Notes under the pieces: generated by a model
Database searches by the model: none
The model's input: the letters and a program-made list of their open reading frames with translations, nothing else
What the model was told of the DNA's origin: nothing
NCBI GenBank assembly: GCA_934102055.1
Contig: CAKOSE010000003.1
Coordinates: 10,641 to 74,640 of the forward strand
Length of the DNA: 64,000 nt
Reading direction: 5' to 3'
From: an uncultured Bacilli bacterium
GTDB taxonomy: Bacteria > Bacillota_I > Bacilli_A > RF39 > UBA660
Program-made: the position numbers and the translations under genes
Shown here: positions 45,107 to 53,898 of the stretch, one piece after another
Numbering within the stretch: position 1 is the stretch's first letter
How the letters are laid out: the number at the start of each line of letters is the position of its first letter

Positions 45107-46465
45107 ATGAATAATCAGAACCAAAATAATATCCCAAATCAAAATGTAAATAACATGCAAAATCAGAATAACAATCAACCAAATAGTAATAGGCAACCTG
45201 AGGAAAAAGTATTAACCCAAACCAAAGAAGGTTTAAAAGCTGATACACTTAAGAGTAAAAAAGTAAAATATAAATATAGAGTAGAAAACCAAAAGGGAAA
45301 AAAGTTTTATGGTTATTTAGATGCTTATAATCAAGCCGAAGTAATAGCATATCTTGAAAATGAAGGATATAAAATAATTAAAATAGAAGCTCAAAATTCG
45401 ATATTAGATATAAATATAGGCAGTAATAAATTAAACTATTCAGAGTTAGCATTTTTATTGACGCAACTTTCAACATATTTAAAAGCTGGTATACCTTTGA
45501 TTGATTCAGTAAGAATTTTAGAAAAACAATCTGTAAAAAAAGAAAAGAAAAGAATATATTCAAATATAATATATGAATTATCTAAGGGTGAAAGTTTTTC
45601 TAGTGCTTTAGCATCACAAGGAAATGTATTTCCTCCACTTTTAATTAATATGGTAAGAACGGCAGAGCTTACTGGAGACTTACCAGAAATTCTAGATGAT
45701 ATGAGAGACTATTATGAGTCAATAGATAAAACAAGAAAAGCTGCAATTAGTTCTATGATTTATCCATCCATATTATTTGTATTTGCAATATGTGTACTTG
45801 TTTTTATCCTAGCATACGTAATTCCATCTTTTGTGTCATTATTTAATCAACAAAATATAGCTCTTCCATTAATAACTAGAGTTGTTTTAGCAGCTAGTGG
45901 TTTCTTAACAGGGCATAAGTTTATTATAATTGGAGTGTTACTTGGTCTTGTGATAGGATATATCTTATTATATAAATATGTAAAAGGTTTTAGAAAAACA
46001 ATGCAAACAATAGCGATGAAATTGCCTGGGTTTGGTAAAATAATAATTTATAGAGAAGTTGCAATGTTTACAAAGACATTTGCATCATTATTAAATCATA
46101 ATGTATTTATAACAGATTCAATGACGATACTTAGTTCAGTATCAAATAATGAAGTATTTAAAGATATAATAAATGAATCATTAGAATACTTGGCAAAAGG
46201 TGCGAAGATAAGTGATGCATTTGAAGATAAATGGGCATTTCCAGTAGTAGCATATGAAATGTTAGTAACAGGAGAAAATACAGGAAGGCTCCCAATGATG
46301 ATGAGTTATGTTGCTGATTATTATCAAAACCTACATGCAACTTTAGTAAAGAGAATAAATACATTTATAGAACCATTACTAATAATATTTATAGCAATAA
46401 TAGTAGGAATAATAGTAGTATCAGTAGTTATACCAATGTTTGGTATGTATGACGCTGTATTATAG
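45107..46465 (+). CDS. type II secretion/type IV pilus platform protein (PilC/GspF/ComGB family) with an N/Q-rich N-terminal extension
   Basis: Two T2SSF repeats (LTQLSTYLKAGIPL.. and FTKTFASLLNHNVFI..), three TM helices, C-terminal PMFGMY. The first ~35 aa are NNQNQNNIPNQNVNN... Confidence 0.8.
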   Translation: MNNQNQNNIPNQNVNNMQNQNNNQPNSNRQPEEKVLTQTKEGLKADTLKSKKVKYKYRVENQKGKKFYGYLDAYNQAEVIAYLENEGYKIIKIEAQNSILDINIGSNKLNYSELAFLLTQLSTYLKAGIPLIDSVRILEKQSVKKEKKRIYSNIIYELSKGESFSSALASQGNVFPPLLINMVRTAELTGDLPEILDDMRDYYESIDKTRKAAISSMIYPSILFVFAICVLVFILAYVIPSFVSLFNQQNIALPLITRVVLAASGFLTGHKFIIIGVLLGLVIGYILLYKYVKGFRKTMQTIAMKLPGFGKIIIYREVAMFTKTFASLLNHNVFITDSMTILSSVSNNEVFKDIINESLEYLAKGAKISDAFEDKWAFPVVAYEMLVTGENTGRLPMMMSYVADYYQNLHATLVKRINTFIEPLLIIFIAIIVGIIVVSVVIPMFGMYDAVL

Positions 46466-46473
46466 GAATTAAC

Positions 46474-47256
46474 ATGGAAATAAACACAATAAATATAATT
46501 TACTTAATACTATTTTTTATACTTGGTCTTGTTTTAGGGTCATTTTATAATGTTGTAGGACTAAGACTCTGTAAGGGAGAAAGTTTAATATATCCCCCTA
46601 GTCATTGTACTAAATGTAATCATAAACTCAAGTTTTACGAACTTGTTCCTGTTTTTTCTTATATATTCTTAAAAGGAAGATGTAAAAATTGTAAAGAAAA
46701 AATAAATATTATGTACCCAGTTATAGAATTCTTAACAGGGATACTTTTCGCATTAAGTTATTATGTATATGGACTTAGTCCAAGTTTAGTGTATTCTTTA
46801 TTATTATCATCTTTATTTATAATAATAACTGTAACAGATTTAAACTATTATATAATACCAGATAGCATTTTAATCTTTTTTGGATTATTAATCTTTATTT
46901 ATAACATAATAACAAAAGGGATACTTGATGCTTGTACATATGTAGTGTATGGTTTAATAATGTTTTTATTTATGTATGGTTTAATGAAACTAGGAAACCT
47001 TTTATTTAAAGAAGAGAGCTTAGGTGGCGGAGATATAAAGTTAATGGCTGTACTAGGTATGACAGTTAAACCTTTAGTATCAGTTTTATCTTTATCACTA
47101 GGAGCCTTTCTAGCACTTCCAGGTTCAATATATTTACTCTTAAAAAAGAAAGATAAGATAATACCATTTGGCCCATTCATAGTAGGAGCATTTATAATAG
47201 TAATGTTAATGGGAATAGATACGCAGGATATAATAAATTATTTAACAAATAAATAG
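46474..47256 (+). CDS. prepilin peptidase (A24 family, PilD/ComC-like)
   Basis: N-terminal Zn-finger CTKCNHKL..CKNCKEKI, catalytic Asp motifs (TVTDLNYYIIPD and GGGDIKLMA), multiple TM helices. Confidence 0.85.
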   Translation: MEINTINIIYLILFFILGLVLGSFYNVVGLRLCKGESLIYPPSHCTKCNHKLKFYELVPVFSYIFLKGRCKNCKEKINIMYPVIEFLTGILFALSYYVYGLSPSLVYSLLLSSLFIIITVTDLNYYIIPDSILIFFGLLIFIYNIITKGILDACTYVVYGLIMFLFMYGLMKLGNLLFKEESLGGGDIKLMAVLGMTVKPLVSVLSLSLGAFLALPGSIYLLLKKKDKIIPFGPFIVGAFIIVMLMGIDTQDIINYLTNK

Positions 47257-47317
47257 TACTTGAAAAAGTATTATTTTTATTATAAAATTTTATTTGTAAA
47301 ATAGTGAGGATGATCAT

Positions 47318-48787
47318 ATGAAGAGTGTTAATATAAATAAAAACAGAAAAACAACAATAATAGTTTTGTTATTAGTGTTACTTTCTTTAGCAGGTTCTAT
47401 TTCCTATTCCCTATGGAACTATTCCTTTAAAGGAAAAGAAAATAAAATAACAACCGGAGACGTTTCAATAAAGTTTTTAGAAAGTAATACCAATGTAATA
47501 AGTCTAAAAAATGCCCTTCCAGAAGATGATACTACAGGTAAAACTAATAGTTCATATGATTTTATTGTTACTACTAAAGCAAATTATAATATTAATTTAA
47601 AATATGATTTAAGTATAGAAAAGTTAAGTACAGACACAGGATACACAAGTTTAAATAATAATCAAATAAAAATTTATTTAACAGATTCTAGTAATAATGT
47701 TTTACTAGGACCAACTCTAATAAGTGATTTAAGTAATAATCTATTATATACAAAAACAAATACTCATAGTAGTACTAAAACTGAAATAAATGATAAGTAT
47801 AAACTAAGAGTATGGATAGATAAAGATGTAGATGTAAGTAGTTGGACTAAGGATACAAAGAATCAATATAAATTTAAGATAGGTATAAAGAGTGAAGAAG
47901 CAAACTCTCTAAACGGAGTAGATACTTTAATAAAAAAAGAAGGATCAGATGGCCTAGAAAAAATAGTTCATAGTGCAGATAGTAGCCTCCAAATAGGAGC
48001 AACTGAAGATATAACAGAATATAGATTTAGAGGAGCAAATCCCAATAACTATGCAATATTTAATAATGAATCCTGGAGAATAATAGGAATTTTTCCAACA
48101 GAAGGATCAGATGGTTCTATAAAAAATAGAATTAAGCTTATTAAAAGCGAAAGTCTAGGAAGTACTTCTTGGAATAACAGTAATGGTCTTACAAATATTT
48201 CTAGTAGTAATAGTGATTCTGGTGTTAGGTTTTTAGGAAGCGTGCCAGGGAAAGGTGATGGTTGTAGTGGAGACTCTAATAATTGGAGCACTTCTAATTT
48301 AAAAGAATATTTTGATTCTACTTATTATAACTCTATTTCTAACAATAGTATTATTGATAACGTTAAGTATTATTTAGGAGGTTTTACTATTGTTCATAAT
48401 ACTAAAAGTGATTGGTATAATTATGAAAGAAGTTCTTTGAATGATTATTATCATTCTTCTGACTCTAAAAATGTATATGGATATATTGCTTTAATGTATT
48501 TAAGTGATTATGGTTATGCTGCCTCAGATAGTTGTTCTGCAAATCTTGGAAATTATAATTCTAATTCATGCAAGAATAATAACTGGTTATTTTTAGGAAG
48601 TAAAGAGTACACTTTAAGTCATTCCTATAATACCGGAACTGTTACATCTATTGATAGTGATGGTTCTGCCACTGTGGGTACTTGTACTAGTGAAAAGTAC
48701 CCAGTAAGACCTGTACTTTACTTAAAACCAAATGTCAAAATAAGTGGAACAGGTACAACCTCTGATCCATATAAGTTTGCTATTTAA
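47318..48787 (+). CDS. secreted or anchored protein: TasA-like N-module plus C-terminal DUF6273-like domain
   Basis: aa 1-195 are paralogous to 24510 and 33388. The C-terminal region has WRIIG, NNWLFLG and YPVRPVLYLK, which resemble the W-LRS...VRPAL pattern of a widespread Firmicute extracellular domain (recalled from memory). Confidence 0.6.
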   Translation: MKSVNINKNRKTTIIVLLLVLLSLAGSISYSLWNYSFKGKENKITTGDVSIKFLESNTNVISLKNALPEDDTTGKTNSSYDFIVTTKANYNINLKYDLSIEKLSTDTGYTSLNNNQIKIYLTDSSNNVLLGPTLISDLSNNLLYTKTNTHSSTKTEINDKYKLRVWIDKDVDVSSWTKDTKNQYKFKIGIKSEEANSLNGVDTLIKKEGSDGLEKIVHSADSSLQIGATEDITEYRFRGANPNNYAIFNNESWRIIGIFPTEGSDGSIKNRIKLIKSESLGSTSWNNSNGLTNISSSNSDSGVRFLGSVPGKGDGCSGDSNNWSTSNLKEYFDSTYYNSISNNSIIDNVKYYLGGFTIVHNTKSDWYNYERSSLNDYYHSSDSKNVYGYIALMYLSDYGYAASDSCSANLGNYNSNSCKNNNWLFLGSKEYTLSHSYNTGTVTSIDSDGSATVGTCTSEKYPVRPVLYLKPNVKISGTGTTSDPYKFAI

Positions 48788-48893
48788 AATTTATACTTAA
48801 GAAAAAATCAATTCTTGATAAAAGTTTTGGTTTTTCTTTTTTTTTCGACATTTTCCTTCTTCTTCTTATTTTATACTTGTTTTGGTGATAATA

Positions 48894-49352
48894 ATGAAAT
48901 ATAAATTTTTAGTACCCATTGCATTATCTATTGTAATAGGACTATTCTTTGGAAAAGTATTTTTCGACAATTACAAAGGTTCTTCTTTAACAGTTTTTGA
49001 TGAAAAAGATAAGGTTTATATGTTACAAGCCGGAGTCTATTCCTCAATTGATAAGATGTCAGCAAGCTTTAAAAACTATAAAAAGTTCTTATATATCGAA
49101 TCAGCAGACGGTTATCATCTCTATTTAGGAGTCACAAAAAGTAAAGAAATTGCCTCTAAAATTAAGGAATATTATGAAAAGAAGGGCTATAGTATATATG
49201 TAAAGGAAACAATTCTAGACAATAATCAGTTTTTATCAGTACTTGGAGAATATGACAAAATAATTAATATTACATCTTTAGATGACATCCCTGAAGTCGA
49301 AAAAATTGTTATTTCTAATTATAAGGAGATGGTTTTAAAAAATGAAGCTTAA
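48894..49352 (+). CDS. membrane-anchored SPOR-like domain protein
   Basis: N-terminal TM, then YMLQAGVYSS..ASKIKEYYEKKGYSIYV, a SPOR-like beta-alpha-beta pattern. ATG at 48894 after GGTGATAATA. Confidence 0.45.
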   Translation: MKYKFLVPIALSIVIGLFFGKVFFDNYKGSSLTVFDEKDKVYMLQAGVYSSIDKMSASFKNYKKFLYIESADGYHLYLGVTKSKEIASKIKEYYEKKGYSIYVKETILDNNQFLSVLGEYDKIINITSLDDIPEVEKIVISNYKEMVLKNEA

Positions 49353-50025
49353 AGAAATACCGAATAGTGAAAGACCTAGAGAAAAACTTCTTAGGTATGG
49401 AAAAGAAAACTTATCAGATAGTGAACTCCTTGCCCTTATCCTAAAAACAGGATCACGTGGTGAAAACGTATGTGATCTTAGCATTAACTTACTAAAACAA
49501 ATCGGAGGCTTATCTAACATAAAAGATATCAGTATGGAATCTTTAATAAGCATAAAAGGTATAGGAACAACTAAAGCAATAGAACTCCTTGCCCTTACAG
49601 AACTAGCAAAAAGAATTTATTACAAAAAAGAAAATCTTATCAAAGAAAAATACAACAAACCCAAAATTATCTATGAAAAAAACAAATATCTATTTGACAA
49701 CCTAAAACAAGAACACTTTTATTGCTTATATCTAAATACAAAAAAAGAACTTATAGAAAGGAAATTATTATTTATGGGTACTATTAATAAAAGCGTAGTT
49801 CATCCTCGTGAAATATTTAAAGAAGCTTATAGACTATCAGCATCTAGTATTATATGTATGCACAACCATCCAGGAGGAAGCCTATATCCAAGTGAAGAAG
49901 ACATTAGATTAACAAACTCATTAGTCAAAATAGGGCAAATAAACGGAATCCCTGTCGTAGATCACTTAATTTTTACTGACGAAGGTTACTATAGCTTCTA
50001 TGAAAGTAGTAAAAATAGAGTATGA
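49342..50025 (+). CDS. radC: RadC-family JAMM domain protein
   Basis: ERPREKL, helix-hairpin-helix IKGIGTTKAIELLA, JAMM motif HNHPGGSLYPSEEDIRLT. Confidence 0.9.
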   Translation: MKLKEIPNSERPREKLLRYGKENLSDSELLALILKTGSRGENVCDLSINLLKQIGGLSNIKDISMESLISIKGIGTTKAIELLALTELAKRIYYKKENLIKEKYNKPKIIYEKNKYLFDNLKQEHFYCLYLNTKKELIERKLLFMGTINKSVVHPREIFKEAYRLSASSIICMHNHPGGSLYPSEEDIRLTNSLVKIGQINGIPVVDHLIFTDEGYYSFYESSKNRV

Positions 50026-50819
50026 AAAAACTTCATTGGTATTATAAGTTCTTAATAGTTTTTATCCTATTTTTTAGTATGTTTTTCCTCATAAATAAAA
50101 ATATGTCTAAAATTGTTAATTCTAGTCCTTATAAAAGCTTTATAAGTTACATAAGTATTCCCTTTAATTTCATTGACAAATATAATATATTTAAATATAA
50201 ATCTGTACTAGAAGAAAACGATTACCTTCGAAAAAAAGTTCTAATAACTAATGTTGATATGGATATGTATAATAACCTGCAAGAAGAAGTAATGCGGCTA
50301 AAAGATAGCCTTTCCTTAAAAGACACCTATACAAACACAAACCAAGTTCTCTCAAAAGTAATTATTCGTAACAAAATGTACTTTTATAGCACTTTGACTA
50401 TCAACAAAGGAACAACATCAGGTATAAAAAAAGATTCCCTAGTAGTTACCTCATCTGGACTAATAGGAAGAATCTCTTCTGTAAACAAAAACACAAGCAC
50501 AGTAAAACTAATAACTAGTAATTCTCAAGATAACAAAATATCAGTCATGATAAAAAACAATAATAAAACTTATATTGGCAACATAATAGGATACAACGCA
50601 CCATATATAAAAGCAGAACTATCATCATCTTATGAAGGAATAAAAGAAGGAAATAAAGTATATACATCAGGACTAGGTAACACCTACAGAAACATCTATG
50701 TTGGAGAAATAACAAAACTAGAAAAAGATAGTTATGACGCCAGATATATCATATACATAAAACCAAAACAAGACATGAATGATATAACCTACGTCCTAGT
50801 ACTAGGAGACAAACAATGA
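50022..50819 (+). CDS. mreC: rod shape-determining protein MreC
   Basis: N-terminal TM, coiled coil (ENDYLRKK..LQEEVMRLKD), beta-barrel motif VVTSSGLIGRISSV..STVKLITS. The start overlaps the radC stop. Confidence 0.85.
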   Translation: MKKLHWYYKFLIVFILFFSMFFLINKNMSKIVNSSPYKSFISYISIPFNFIDKYNIFKYKSVLEENDYLRKKVLITNVDMDMYNNLQEEVMRLKDSLSLKDTYTNTNQVLSKVIIRNKMYFYSTLTINKGTTSGIKKDSLVVTSSGLIGRISSVNKNTSTVKLITSNSQDNKISVMIKNNNKTYIGNIIGYNAPYIKAELSSSYEGIKEGNKVYTSGLGNTYRNIYVGEITKLEKDSYDARYIIYIKPKQDMNDITYVLVLGDKQ

Positions 50820-51310
50820 TCTACACACTTATATCATTCTTTTTAGACACATTACTAAGCCTTTCCATAGATAGTGCTTATCAAAATATCAATATCTTCT
50901 TTCCCCTTATCTTTGTAAGCAGTATCCCTATATCATACGTCCTAATAAAAAGCAAGAAACTATTCTTCACAACATATATCATATTTGGTATATTACTTGA
51001 TCTCCTCTATAGTGATATTATCTTTATCAACCTATACTACTACCTATTAACAGGACTATTCTGTTATATTTTCTATTCAAACCACAAAACAACTTATCTT
51101 AACATAACACTAATAAGTATCTTATCCTTTATCCTATACGATATTTATATCTTTCTAATACTTATTCTTATAGGCTATTCAAATTTTAACATATCTTCAC
51201 TTTTCTATAAGATAAACCATTCTTTAATACTAAATATAAGTTACATAATTATATCCATTTTAATCCTAAAAAGTCGAATATTAGTATGTAAAAACTGTTT
51301 TAAGAAATAA
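50816..51310 (+). CDS. mreD: rod shape-determining protein MreD
   Basis: 164-aa polytopic membrane protein whose ATGA start overlaps the mreC stop. The call is mostly positional. Confidence 0.7.
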   Translation: MIYTLISFFLDTLLSLSIDSAYQNINIFFPLIFVSSIPISYVLIKSKKLFFTTYIIFGILLDLLYSDIIFINLYYYLLTGLFCYIFYSNHKTTYLNITLISILSFILYDIYIFLILILIGYSNFNISSLFYKINHSLILNISYIIISILILKSRILVCKNCFKK

Positions 51311-51341
51311 TATTTCCTCATATGATATTCTAGGTGATCAT

Positions 51342-51935
51342 ATGGAATATAAATGTATCTCAAAACTCTCTTCTAAAAACAAAAAAAGAAAAGAAAAAAA
51401 ACCATTCAGTAAATTCATCATAAGAGTATTCATATGTATTTTACTAGTACTTCTATTTTTAATATTCTTAAAATATGATAAAAACAACAAACAAATAGTA
51501 TATAAGTACTTATATGAAAACAATATCAGCTTCGCTTCCCTAAATAAATGGTACCAAGAACACTTCGGCGACATAACCCCATTCCAAAAAGTAGTAAAAG
51601 ATAAAACAAAACTAGTCTTTAACGAAAACCTAGTCTATGACGATGCATCAATATACAAAGATGGAGTAAAACTAAACGTCGATGAAAACTACCTAGTCCC
51701 CATACTAGAAAGTGGAATAGTAGTCTTCATAGGAAACAAAGATAATTACGGAAAAACAGTCATCATAGAACAAGTAGATGGTGTTAACGTCTGGTACGGA
51801 AATATCGATAATATCAACGTTAGCTTATATGATTACGTTACAAAGGGTGAACTCTTAGCAGAAGCAAACAAAAGCTTTTACATGGTATTCGAAAAAAACG
51901 GAAAGTTTCTAAAATATCAAGACTATCTTAAATAA
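51342..51935 (+). CDS. spoIVFA: SpoIVFA-like degenerate M23/LytM-domain membrane protein
   Basis: One TM, then a C-terminal LytM-like fold (GIVVFIGNKDNYGKTVIIEQVDGVNVWYGNI..GELLAE) without the HxxxD/HxH metal motifs. Lies directly upstream of spoIVFB. Confidence 0.6.
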   Translation: MEYKCISKLSSKNKKRKEKKPFSKFIIRVFICILLVLLFLIFLKYDKNNKQIVYKYLYENNISFASLNKWYQEHFGDITPFQKVVKDKTKLVFNENLVYDDASIYKDGVKLNVDENYLVPILESGIVVFIGNKDNYGKTVIIEQVDGVNVWYGNIDNINVSLYDYVTKGELLAEANKSFYMVFEKNGKFLKYQDYLK

Positions 51936-51990
51936 AATATACGTTCATCCCTTTACTTATATACTTATATTCATTTCACTAATTACAGGT

Positions 51991-52668
51991 ATGTTAAAAG
52001 AATTCCTAATGGTCTTTTTTATTATAATATTCCATGAACTAGGGCACCTCCTAATGGCAAAATACTTTAAATGGAACTTCGATAAAATATGCATATATCC
52101 CTTCGGAGGATGCACTAAGTTTGATGAAAAAATAAATAGACCCCTACACGAAGAATTCCTAATCCTCATAAATGGACCACTATTCCAAATAATCCTTTTC
52201 TTCATAGTAACCATCCTACTTGACCAAGGACTTATAACCTATAGAAACTATGTCATTTTTAATAACTATTCCTTAACACTCCTAGTATTCAATCTTCTTC
52301 CAATATATCCCCTAGACGGAGGAAGAATATTAAACATTATTATGAATTACTTCCTACCATTCAAAAAAGGAAACCTATACATTATATTTATCTCTTCACT
52401 AACATTAATTATAATCCTATTCTGTTATAAAAACTTAAACTTTCTCCTAATGAGTTTGCTATTGTTTTTTGAAATATTCCTATACTTTAAAAGACAAAAC
52501 TTTCTCTATAACAAAATGCTTCTAGAAAGATATATGTATTCCTTTCCATTTAAAAAATTCAAAGTAGTAAAAAACAAAGACTCACTTTACAAAGATAGAA
52601 ATCACGTAATTTACTATGAAAACAAATACATAACAGAAAAAGAATATCTAAAAAAAAGGTTCAGGTGA
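51991..52668 (+). CDS. spoIVFB: site-2 metalloprotease SpoIVFB (pro-sigma-K processing type); the true start is probably upstream of the first ATG
   Basis: HELGH in a TM helix; NLLPIYPLDGGRI (NxxPxxxLDG). The frame is open from 51913 and encodes KIYVHPFTYILIFISLITG, the expected first TM, before the ATG at 51991. Confidence 0.8.
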   Translation: MLKEFLMVFFIIIFHELGHLLMAKYFKWNFDKICIYPFGGCTKFDEKINRPLHEEFLILINGPLFQIILFFIVTILLDQGLITYRNYVIFNNYSLTLLVFNLLPIYPLDGGRILNIIMNYFLPFKKGNLYIIFISSLTLIIILFCYKNLNFLLMSLLLFFEIFLYFKRQNFLYNKMLLERYMYSFPFKKFKVVKNKDSLYKDRNHVIYYENKYITEKEYLKKRFR

Positions 52669-52672
52669 TAAA

Positions 52673-53842
52673 ATGAGAAAATTCATTATACTAGTTTTTA
52701 TCTGTATGCTAGGATTCATATGTTTTAATCTATCAAACAAAGAAGAAGAAAAAAAAGAACCAGAAAAAAGTCCTTACGAAGAAAAAGGAGTTTTTATTTC
52801 TTACATTGACTATGCTAGCCTAAAAGGAAAAACAAAAGAAGAACAAGAAAAACAAATAACAGAAATGGTTAATAATATTAGTTACTTCGGCCTAAACAGT
52901 ATCATTCTCCAAGTTAGTCCCTTTAATGATGCAATATATCCATCAAAAATATACCAGTCTTCCCACGTAGTCTCAAATAAAGAAGGAGACAAGCTTCCAC
53001 TAGACATCCTCGGATACTTTATTGAATGCTCAAAAAAGAAAGATATTAGTATTTACGCATGGTTTAATCCATTTAGAATAAGAAACGATAATAACACCGG
53101 AGATATAAGTAAAAACACTTACTATTACAAATGGTTTAACACAGACAATATCCAAATAACAGATAAAGGTATATATCTTAACCCAGCATCCAAAGAAGTA
53201 CTTTCATATATAGGAGAAGGACTTAAAGAGATAGCAAGTAACTATGATTTAAAAGGAATCTTATTTGATGATTATTACTATCCAAATGACACAATAGATC
53301 TAAATACCTATGAAAACACAGACAAATCCCTATCACTAAAAAAGTACAGAATAAACAACATAAACAAACTAATAGAAACATCATATAATTCCATAAAAAG
53401 CATAAACAAAAACATAAAATTCGGACTAAGTCCCTCAGGAAATATAGAAAACAACCTAGATAAAGAATATCTAGACGTAGAACAAATCCTAAAAACAAAT
53501 AAAATCGACTTCATAATGCCCCAGCTATATTACGGTTTTAAAAACAAAAATAAGCCTTACCTAAACACCTTAAAAACATGGTCCAGTATAAACACCTTAA
53601 ACAAAGACTTTTACGTAGCACTTTCAATATATAAATCAGGAAAAACAGATAAATACGCCTTAACCGGAGAAAACGAATGGATAGAAAACACAGACATAAT
53701 AAAAAAACAAATTATATCATCAAGAAATATATCAAACTACAAAGGATTTTATATCTATAGATACGAATACTTATTTAATATCCATAGCAATAACACCCTA
53801 AATGAAGAAGTTAACAATGTCAGAAATTTAATTGTTAAATGA
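52673..53842 (+). CDS. glycoside-hydrolase-like family 10 (YngK/GHL10) protein
   Basis: Signal/anchor, then GVFISY..., NSIILQV, WFNPFR, FDDYYYP and PQLYY, typical of the TIM-barrel GHL10 family (recalled from memory). Confidence 0.55.
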   Translation: MRKFIILVFICMLGFICFNLSNKEEEKKEPEKSPYEEKGVFISYIDYASLKGKTKEEQEKQITEMVNNISYFGLNSIILQVSPFNDAIYPSKIYQSSHVVSNKEGDKLPLDILGYFIECSKKKDISIYAWFNPFRIRNDNNTGDISKNTYYYKWFNTDNIQITDKGIYLNPASKEVLSYIGEGLKEIASNYDLKGILFDDYYYPNDTIDLNTYENTDKSLSLKKYRINNINKLIETSYNSIKSINKNIKFGLSPSGNIENNLDKEYLDVEQILKTNKIDFIMPQLYYGFKNKNKPYLNTLKTWSSINTLNKDFYVALSIYKSGKTDKYALTGENEWIENTDIIKKQIISSRNISNYKGFYIYRYEYLFNIHSNNTLNEEVNNVRNLIVK

Positions 53843-53898
53843 TATTTACATCTAATATGTTTTTTTGATATACTACTTATATAATAGGAGAGTGAATT

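Noticed and set aside
47318-47440. Considered whether the TasA-like-module proteins are type IV pilin or pseudopilin substrates of the adjacent prepilin peptidase.
   Set aside because: None has the Gly-(Phe/Met)-Thr-Leu-x-Glu class III leader. The charged N-terminus runs straight into the hydrophobic helix, with no Gly at -1 and no Glu at +5.
51338-51574. A minus-strand 78-aa ORF and other short antisense ORFs listed in the track (e.g. 221-487, 683-910, 20270-20494, 53223-53514).
   Set aside because: All lie entirely within strongly supported genes on the opposite strand. They lack SD sequences and translate to low-complexity Ser/Leu/Phe-rich strings typical of antisense frames in AT-rich DNA.
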